A DNA stretch of 19,972 nt from Fidelibacterota bacterium (GTDB lineage Bacteria; Fidelibacterota; Marinisomatia; Marinisomatales; UBA1611). Under the pieces are notes generated by a model. It ran no database searches and was not told the origin of the DNA. It was given only the letters and a program-made list of their open reading frames with translations. The position numbers and the translations under genes were made by a program. The stretch covers positions 1-19,972 of the forward strand of contig JABHAX010000200.1 of the NCBI GenBank assembly GCA_018674095.1. The letters are read 5' to 3'. This document shows positions 1 through 5,744 of the stretch, piece by piece; the first letter of the stretch is position 1; each line of letters opens with the position of its first letter.

Positions 1-253
1 ATCCTATATCAGTTAGATTATTTTTTAATTTGTTCAATGTAAGCAATTTTTATTCCAAAAATAATTAGATGCATCAATGTCAAAAATGAATTTATTAAAA
101 GAATTATTTCTGGCTTTTTGGCATAGAATATAATTACCCACCCATCGGGTTATGAGACTAACCTAAGTCCACATATATAAACCCCGATTAAACTCAAAGA
201 ATCTCTAATCAGGTTATGAGCAAAAATTTATTAATAAAATGTAAATAGAAAGA

Positions 254-841
254 TTAGGAAGAAAGTAAATCTTCTGACCAAGATTTATGCATTCCTTCAT
301 TAATTGTTTCTGAATAGTTATAATTTTTATAATTAATAATGAGCTTAACTGATTCGAGATTCTCTAAAAAGGCGGCTTTTGCAGTAGCATTAAAATTGAA
401 TTGAATATAGTGAACTGAGCTAATTTTATTCGATTCTTCTCTACCAATCTCAAATTCAGCATAAACTTTTTGGTTTTCAATTTCAAAATAAACCGCTTTA
501 CCTTCTGTAAGTCCTATAAACTGACTCAACACCGGTCGAATTTGAACTTCATCAGTCACTTCAATAAATAGAGTTGCACTCAGTCCATTTACCAAAGGGA
601 GCAACGAATTGTACACATCTATCTCTTCTTGGATTTGATTATCGTGCACCATACGTTCAGCACGCATCATTTCTTGAATTTGGAATTTCATTGTTTTCCG
701 ATTTTCAAACGTGATGGTAATATTGGGTCCCAGGGAAATACGACGCTTCTTTTTATAATCCATCAATTCACTGCGATAATCATTTCGAACTTTTTCATAT
801 TCTATAATATTCATTAAATCTGATAATACAATTGGTTTCAT
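254..841 (-). CDS. DUF3501-family protein (function unknown)
   Basis: 195-aa ORF with an ATG start. The N-terminal half (ISLGPNITITFENRKTMKFQIQEMMRAERM...IQEEIDVYNSLLP) matches my recollection of DUF3501 (PF12007). That family typically sits beside an HdrD-like Fe-S protein and a rubrerythrin, which is the context here. A 14-nt gap separates it from the upstream gene. Confidence 0.75.
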   Translation of the reverse strand: MKPIVLSDLMNIIEYEKVRNDYRSELMDYKKKRRISLGPNITITFENRKTMKFQIQEMMRAERMVHDNQIQEEIDVYNSLLPLVNGLSATLFIEVTDEVQIRPVLSQFIGLTEGKAVYFEIENQKVYAEFEIGREESNKISSVHYIQFNFNATAKAAFLENLESVKLIINYKNYNYSETINEGMHKSWSEDLLSS

Positions 842-855
842 TTTTTTCCTTAATT

Positions 856-2277
856 TTAACTAAAGCCGTACGCTTTATATAATTCTAAAATGGGATGGCT
901 CGGTGCCACATCCCCTTCACTCGCTTGGGTTAATTGCTGACTTGCCAAACTACAGTCAGAACAAACAATGTCTGCATCCCGCTTATTGATATCATTAACG
1001 CAACGTTCTGCCACCTTCATTGATGGTTCAAAATTTTCAGTTTTCATTCCCCAACCACCATCCATGCCGGAACATCGATTTATAAGATTTACTTTTGTAT
1101 TTGGAATTAATTTTAAAATATCTCGTCCCTTAAATCCCATTTGCTGTGCCTTCAAATGACAACTCACATGATAATTCACTGTACCGATTTCATTTTTGAA
1201 ATTTGTATTGAGTTTCCCTTGTTTATGGAGATAAATCAGGTATTCTGAAATATCAAATGTATTTTCTGATATTAATTTAATTTTTTCATTCATTTCCAAA
1301 TAATCCGGATATTCTTTTTTCAAGGTTAAACTACATGTAGGTGGTCCCGTAACCACTATCTTGTATCCATCTTTCACCCATTTACTCAATTCATCCACAT
1401 TGGGATTCGCTTGTTTTTTAAATCCTTCAAAATCGCCTGGACTTAAATACGGAGCGCCGCAACACTGTTGATTTGGATAAATACATTCAACACCATTATA
1501 CTCTAATATTTCTACGGCACTCTTACCAAGGCTTACATCATGGGCATTGGTAAAACACGTACCAAAAATGACTACTTTATCTATCGGGTCAGAAATATTT
1601 GACTGATGAGATTTAAACCATTTTTCAAACGTGTTGGTTTGGAATTTTGGTAAAATTCGTTTCCGATGAATACCGATGGTTTTTTCCATCATATATCGGA
1701 TAAAACTAATGCGATTAAAAATGTTTAATATGGGACCAAAAATAGATCCAATTTTCCCCGTAAAATCGGTATTGGATAAAAATTTATCATTAGTACTAAC
1801 TCCCCGCTCTTTTGTTCGAATAGCTTGAGCCCGGGTCATTAACTTTGGAAAATCTAGTTGAAATTCATGATCCTTCCCTGGCGTGTAAGGGCATATGGGA
1901 TCACATAATTTGCACTGATAGCATAGGTCAACGACCTCCCATCGTTCTTCTTCAATTAAGTCGGATACTTCACCGCGAAACTCAACTTCTATACTAGCAT
2001 TCGATGCATGTTCACCTTCTGGGAGATCTAAATAATCACTTCGGTCAATTGTTTTCCCCACCCGGCCTTCCGCCACTGCAATTTCACGTTTTTGTTCACC
2101 CGCACTATCAATAGAATTGAATAAAGATGGAAAAGATGGACATAGATTGAAACAAAGTCGGCACCCAATACATACATCATAAATACGGTCCATTTCTTGA
2201 TACAAAGATCCTTTATCCCAGTAAGTAGGATTGGTAATATCATAAATAGTATTTTGTGTATCGGAATGATTGAGCAA
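856..2277 (-). CDS. (Fe-S)-binding protein, HdrD/GlpC-like: two 4Fe-4S ferredoxin motifs plus two CCG domains
   Basis: 473-aa ORF. It has two CxxCxxCxxxCP motifs (CIGCRLCFNLCP and CYQCKLCDPICP). The C-terminal half carries CCG-type motifs (QQCCGAPY and the variant RCSGMDGGWG). Confidence 0.85.
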   Translation of the reverse strand: MLNHSDTQNTIYDITNPTYWDKGSLYQEMDRIYDVCIGCRLCFNLCPSFPSLFNSIDSAGEQKREIAVAEGRVGKTIDRSDYLDLPEGEHASNASIEVEFRGEVSDLIEEERWEVVDLCYQCKLCDPICPYTPGKDHEFQLDFPKLMTRAQAIRTKERGVSTNDKFLSNTDFTGKIGSIFGPILNIFNRISFIRYMMEKTIGIHRKRILPKFQTNTFEKWFKSHQSNISDPIDKVVIFGTCFTNAHDVSLGKSAVEILEYNGVECIYPNQQCCGAPYLSPGDFEGFKKQANPNVDELSKWVKDGYKIVVTGPPTCSLTLKKEYPDYLEMNEKIKLISENTFDISEYLIYLHKQGKLNTNFKNEIGTVNYHVSCHLKAQQMGFKGRDILKLIPNTKVNLINRCSGMDGGWGMKTENFEPSMKVAERCVNDINKRDADIVCSDCSLASQQLTQASEGDVAPSHPILELYKAYGFS

Positions 2278-2310
2278 TTAAAGTTACTCTTAAGTATTAA
2301 AGATTAAGCC

Positions 2311-2343
2311 GATTATCGGGTTCAACAAAAGAACCCGATAATC
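2311..2343 (-). promoter_or_regulatory. Intercistronic stem-loop between the rubrerythrin and HdrD-like genes (processing/stability element or weak attenuator)
   Basis: Perfect 13-bp inverted repeat GATTATCGGGTTC (2311-2323) / GAACCCGATAATC (2331-2343) with a 7-nt loop. No clear U-tract follows it on the minus strand, so it is not a canonical terminator. Confidence 0.5.
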
Positions 2344-2354
2344 AATCAACTGAT

Positions 2355-2768
2355 TTATAAAGAATCGAGTGTTTGCTGAAATTTACCCGCATGAGATTTT
2401 TCAGCTCGAGCAAGTGTTTCAAACCATTCTGCAATTTCATCATGGCCTTCTTCACGTGCTGTTGCAGCAAAACCAGGATACATTTCTGTATACTCATATG
2501 TTTCGCCAGCTACTGCTGCTTCTAAGTTTATATCTGTAGAACCAATTGGTTTTCCCGTTGCGGGGTCACCTACTTCTGATAAAAACTCTAAGTGCCCAAA
2601 GGCATGCCCAGTTTCACCATCAGCTGTATTTTTAAAAACACCTGCAGCTTCCGGATATCCTTCAATATCTGCTTGCCGCGCAAAATACAAATAACGACGA
2701 TTGGCCTGAGATTCACCAGCAAATGCCGCTTTCAGGTTTTCGTGTGTTTTTGTTCCTTCTAATCCCAT
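2355..2768 (-). CDS. rbr: Rubrerythrin-family diiron protein lacking the rubredoxin domain (erythrin-like)
   Basis: 137-aa ORF. It has [13 protein letters not shown] and two ExxH motifs ([18 protein letters not shown]). There is no cysteine and so no CxxC domain. AGGAGA lies 5 nt upstream of the ATG. Confidence 0.9.
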   Translation of the reverse strand: MGLEGTKTHENLKAAFAGESQANRRYLYFARQADIEGYPEAAGVFKNTADGETGHAFGHLEFLSEVGDPATGKPIGSTDINLEAAVAGETYEYTEMYPGFAATAREEGHDEIAEWFETLARAEKSHAGKFQQTLDSL

Positions 2769-2779
2769 TATATTCTCCT

Positions 2780-3148
2780 TTATTTATTATGTTTATGACA
2801 TGTACCGATAATCGTCATTACAACATCATCGGGTTCAAACTTATACAGCTTCTTTACAGTCTTACGAATTTGATCATCAAATAATTGCACATCAATCAGA
2901 TCACCACAAATTTTGCATTTCAGATGATCATGTGGTTCTCTATTCCAATCGTAGCGTGCAATATTTCCATCATATATGGTATTAATTAATTGTGCATCAT
3001 CCAATTGTTTCAAATTTCGATAAACTGTACCTAAACTAATGTTAGGGATTTTTACCTTCGCCTTTTGAAAAACCCAATCAGCGGTTGGATGAGAATTTGT
3101 ACCATATACGATTTCTTGTATAGCTTCTCTTTTATGACTATATCGCAT
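2780..3148 (-). CDS. Fur-family transcriptional regulator, PerR-like by context
   Basis: 122-aa ORF. It shows a winged-helix region (ISLGTVYRNLKQL) and a metal site HDHLKCKICG...GTCHKH. It sits 11 nt upstream of the rubrerythrin gene, which is the classic perR-rbr arrangement. Confidence 0.85.
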   Translation of the reverse strand: MRYSHKREAIQEIVYGTNSHPTADWVFQKAKVKIPNISLGTVYRNLKQLDDAQLINTIYDGNIARYDWNREPHDHLKCKICGDLIDVQLFDDQIRKTVKKLYKFEPDDVVMTIIGTCHKHNK

Positions 3149-3268
3149 AGTTAAGATTAATCATAAATAGTAATAATTCCTATTATTGTTTATTTATTTC
3201 CTGAATTCATAAAATTCAGTCGTAAATTTTATGAGATAATTACTAACTATTTAGTGAAGGAAATAATA
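3149..3268. promoter_or_regulatory. Divergent promoter/operator region between the Fur/PerR-like gene and the small Cys-rich gene
   Basis: 120-nt AT-rich spacer with two palindromes. These are AATAAT-N4-ATTATT (3172-3187) and CTGAATT-N5-AATTCAG (3201-3219). AAGGA lies upstream of the ATG at 3269. No exact Fur or PerR box consensus was found. Confidence 0.4.
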
Positions 3269-3463
3269 ATGGCAAAATATCAATGTGAACATTGCGGCAT
3301 GGGTGTCGCAGATATGAAATGTGCAAAATGCGGTGAATCATTAAAACATGATCATATTACGAAAGATGACGGTACAAAAGTAGCAATTGCTAAATGCCCA
3401 AGTGGGTGTGGAAAAATTAAATCACCCATGTGTTGTGGAAATGACATGAGTTGCGATTTATAA
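3269..3463 (+). CDS. Small cysteine-rich (9 Cys in 64 aa) putative metal-binding protein, rubredoxin/zinc-ribbon-like
   Basis: I take the ATG at 3269, which is preceded by GAAGGAAATAATA; the ORF track starts at a GTG at 3254. Sequence: MAKYQCEHCG..MKCAKCG..KCPSGCGKIKSPMCCGNDMSC. The CxxCG and CPxxCG knuckles are spaced much as in rubredoxin. A strong terminator follows. Confidence 0.6.
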   Translation: MAKYQCEHCGMGVADMKCAKCGESLKHDHITKDDGTKVAIAKCPSGCGKIKSPMCCGNDMSCDL

Positions 3464-3483
3464 ATCACACCCCTAAAAAAACT

Positions 3484-3518
3484 AAAATCCCCCTGTATTA
3501 TGCCGGGGGATTTTTTTT
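3484..3518. terminator. Bidirectional rho-independent terminator
   Basis: AAAATCCCCC (3484-3493) pairs with GGGGGATTTT (3505-3514). T8 follows on the plus strand and an A/T run gives U-tracts on the minus strand. It sits between convergent genes. Confidence 0.8.
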
Positions 3519-3648
3519 AAGATGATATTTTAATTAATATATATATCTGAAGCACTAATACCATTATGGCAATCAATGTCCGAATTAATTCCATGGTATG
3601 ATTATGTTTATCGAGCCATCGTTCAAAATTATTTCGTCTTTCACTCAT
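3517..3648 (-). CDS. Hypothetical 43-aa single-pass membrane peptide (not in the ORF track)
   Basis: Hand translation: MSERRNNFERWLDKHNHTMELIRTLIAIMVLVLQIYILIKISS. Its ATG overlaps the EamA TGA stop as ATGA (3645-3648). It has a 19-aa hydrophobic stretch. The TAA stop abuts the terminator stem. Confidence 0.35.
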   Translation of the reverse strand: MSERRNNFERWLDKHNHTMELIRTLIAIMVLVLQIYILIKISS

Positions 3649-4493
3649 TGATTCTTCCTTATTTTCTTATTCTGAGCTGCCTGAATTAAACCTCGCCCCA
3701 AAACACCCGCCAAGACCAATGCTCCGCCAAATTGTGCATTCCCACTCATCAGTTCGCCTAAAAATAAAAATGCAAGAATCGGGTTAAAAACAGGTTCTAT
3801 CACTGGGTAGATAATGGAATCTAATGCAGAAACGTGCTTAATGGCAGTACTGTATAATATATAAGCTAAGCCCAGTTGAATTACACCAAGATAGGTGACC
3901 CTGATCCATGGCCCCATTTCGAAAGTAACATCTTGAAACAAAAAGGGAACACAAATCAAAAATGTTAAAATATTGCCCAACAATACAGAATCTATGGGTC
4001 GTCCATTTTTTTGTTTCCGCATAAAAAGTGTAGTTCCTGCAAATCCGAACCCGGCAATTAAGGCTGCAATATTTCCCCAAAAACTGGTGAAGGATAATCC
4101 TTCAAAAAAGAAAAGACCCAACCCAACAAGCATGAGAACTATAGTCATCCAATCTTTCTTGCTTGACTTTTCGCCTAAGAAAGAAAGACCAAAAATAGCA
4201 ACATAAACCGGTGCTGTATATTGAATTAAAATAGCATTTCCTGCTGTGGTCATTTTATTCGCCAATACATAGAATATAACCATGACTGTATAGCAGACAG
4301 CACCGCCAACTGTGTATTTCCCAAATCTTAATCGTTCCGGTTTATCATATAAATATATTACGATTGCGGTAATGCCACTCCGAATACCGGCAATCACCAA
4401 AGGAGGCCATGGAATCATTTTAACCATAAACCCGCCTGTGCTCCAGAGAATACCTGTCAGGATCAGCAAGCCAATTGCGGAAGATCGTTTCAA
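3645..4493 (-). CDS. EamA/DMT-family transporter
   Basis: 282-aa ORF, roughly 10 TM segments, with an apparent two-fold EamA-like layout (GILWSTGGFMVK... / ...YSTAIKHVSA). The start at 4493 is a TTG. Confidence 0.85.
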   Translation of the reverse strand: MKRSSAIGLLILTGILWSTGGFMVKMIPWPPLVIAGIRSGITAIVIYLYDKPERLRFGKYTVGGAVCYTVMVIFYVLANKMTTAGNAILIQYTAPVYVAIFGLSFLGEKSSKKDWMTIVLMLVGLGLFFFEGLSFTSFWGNIAALIAGFGFAGTTLFMRKQKNGRPIDSVLLGNILTFLICVPFLFQDVTFEMGPWIRVTYLGVIQLGLAYILYSTAIKHVSALDSIIYPVIEPVFNPILAFLFLGELMSGNAQFGGALVLAGVLGRGLIQAAQNKKIRKNQ

Positions 4494-4636
4494 ACAAGAG
4501 CCCGAAAAAATGGCTTCGCAAAATGGCTGATTAACGTCAATAAAATAACGGAGATAATGATGGCAATTGCTGAATCTTGAGAATATCCTGTAACAGTCAT
4601 TCCCAATGCTGTTCCTGCGGCTGGCGGATGGACTCC
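4490..4636 (-). pseudogene. C-terminal remnant of an HPP-family membrane protein
   Basis: Hand translation: GVHPPAAGTALGMTVTGYSQDSAIAIIISVILLTLISHFAKPFFRALV*. It contains the HPP signature followed by a TM helix. The upstream in-frame sequence is AT-rich and does not look coding, and there is no plausible full-length start. Its TGA overlaps the EamA TTG start (TTGA). Confidence 0.35.
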
Positions 4637-4784
4637 ATAATTCTTTATTTTTTTTACAACTCTAAATTGCCGGTTTAATAGTAAATAATTTATATTTCCC
4701 CTTCGTGAAACTTCGCGATCTTAGCGGCTGAATTACTGAGGTTGATTTGTTTTAAAATTACAATCTGAATACACTCGTTTTATA

Positions 4785-4826
4785 AACAAAAAACCCTCCA
4801 CAAACATGTGGAGGGTTTTCCCTTTT
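4785..4826 (-). terminator. Rho-independent terminator after the PuuD-like gene
   Basis: CCCTCCAC (4794-4801) pairs with GTGGAGGG (4808-4815) across a 6-nt loop. On the minus strand the stem is followed by TTTTTTGT. This is the first strong GC-rich terminator downstream of the long minus-strand gene array. Confidence 0.75.
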
Positions 4827-4845
4827 TGGTATGAAAAGGGGTTAA

Positions 4846-5652
4846 CTAAAAACCTTTAATAGTTCCTGCTTTTTTATAGATTTGCCAAACAATATGCCAT
4901 CCCAAAGCAAACATGATCATTAAGACCAACCAATTGGTAGAATCTGTAACACCAAAATTTCCACCAGCGAAAACTGTTGTGTGTTCATTAATCATTGTCC
5001 AAATAAGAGGAAAACTCATATAAGTATTATGCTTGGAACGAAGCCCAGCCATTCCGGCATCAGCAGGATCAGGTGCTACGCCATTTTTAATGGCTGTAAT
5101 AATTCTTTGTTGTGCAGGCCAAATCCGGTACCAAACATTGAAAGCCATATTGGTTCCTAAGAGCGCGCCAATATGAATATTGAAAGCACGATAACTGAAT
5201 CCTGCATAAAACTTCATAAGGTAAACAACACCAGCAATCAGTAAAAAACTCACAACCGTGATGACTCGTACATCTTTGATTAATCCACTGCTGTATAAAT
5301 AATCGTAAGCAAATACGGCAACAAAAGTAAGCAATAACATGCCATGGGCAAGGCCAGTTACGTCTGTTCCGACCTCAAACATGTTATTGCCGGCAGATTC
5401 ACCCATCATGAGGGCTCCATCCCAAAAGATAACATAAAGGAGTACAACCCCCGTTACCCACGTCCAAGCTGCGCCCCAACGAAAAAAGTAAAGTGTTCGT
5501 GGCATGATCTCAGGAACGACTTTTTGTTTTGTATCCCCATCCATGGTGGCCACAACATGACCATTAATCCAGTTAAAAAAGTAAAGCAGGCCAATCCAAA
5601 GTACGCCAGCTATGATGTGCAACCATTTAAATATCGGGTGTAATGCTTCCAT
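4846..5652 (-). CDS. PuuD-like (urate hydroxylase family, DUF989/COG3748-like) integral membrane protein without a cytochrome c domain
   Basis: 268-aa polytopic ORF. WLHIIAGVLWIGLLYFFNW and NVWYRIWPAQQRIITAIKNGVAPDP...RSKHNTYMSFPLIWTMINEH match my recollection of PuuD-type membrane domains. The protein contains no cysteine, so it has no CxxCH. Confidence 0.7.
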   Translation of the reverse strand: MEALHPIFKWLHIIAGVLWIGLLYFFNWINGHVVATMDGDTKQKVVPEIMPRTLYFFRWGAAWTWVTGVVLLYVIFWDGALMMGESAGNNMFEVGTDVTGLAHGMLLLTFVAVFAYDYLYSSGLIKDVRVITVVSFLLIAGVVYLMKFYAGFSYRAFNIHIGALLGTNMAFNVWYRIWPAQQRIITAIKNGVAPDPADAGMAGLRSKHNTYMSFPLIWTMINEHTTVFAGGNFGVTDSTNWLVLMIMFALGWHIVWQIYKKAGTIKGF

Positions 5653-5744
5653 TTTTATTTTCCTTATATCCTTGGTGTTTTTCCAAATTCAAGACTGTGA
5701 ATTTAGATGAAGTATGAATAGAGGGCAATTTAAAGAGATGAGTT

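Noticed and set aside
1-253. tRNA, attachment site or gene in the leftmost non-coding stretch
   Set aside because: I could build no cloverleaf or acceptor-stem/TPsiC-like arrangement. There is no ORF of 60 aa or more and no integrase nearby. Only the short duplicated motif is reported above, at low interest.
2028-2243. Same-strand out-of-frame ORFs nested in real genes (2028-2243, 3838-4080, 12844-13044, 18703-18891)
   Set aside because: They overlap well-supported frames (HdrD-like, EamA, TauE, IorB-like) and have no motifs or independent start signals, so I treat them as frame artefacts.
3254-3268. GTG start at 3254 for the small Cys-rich protein
   Set aside because: The GAAGGA Shine-Dalgarno-like sequence would then lie inside the extension. 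It is properly spaced for the ATG at 3269.
3149-3268. A canonical Fur box (GATAATGATAATCATTATC) or PerR box (TTATAATnATTATAA) in the divergent promoter
   Set aside because: Only partial matches occur (GATTAATCATAAAT, GAGATAATTACTAA) in a highly AT-rich background. I therefore list the two actual palindromes as candidate operators and do not assert a named box.
5653-5744. Terminator or regulatory RNA in the 92-nt spacer between the GltB-like and PuuD-like genes
   Set aside because: I found no stable GC-containing hairpin or U-tract. AAGGAAAATAAAA precedes the PuuD-like ATG. The spacer may hold an internal promoter, but nothing in the sequence is distinctive enough to call.
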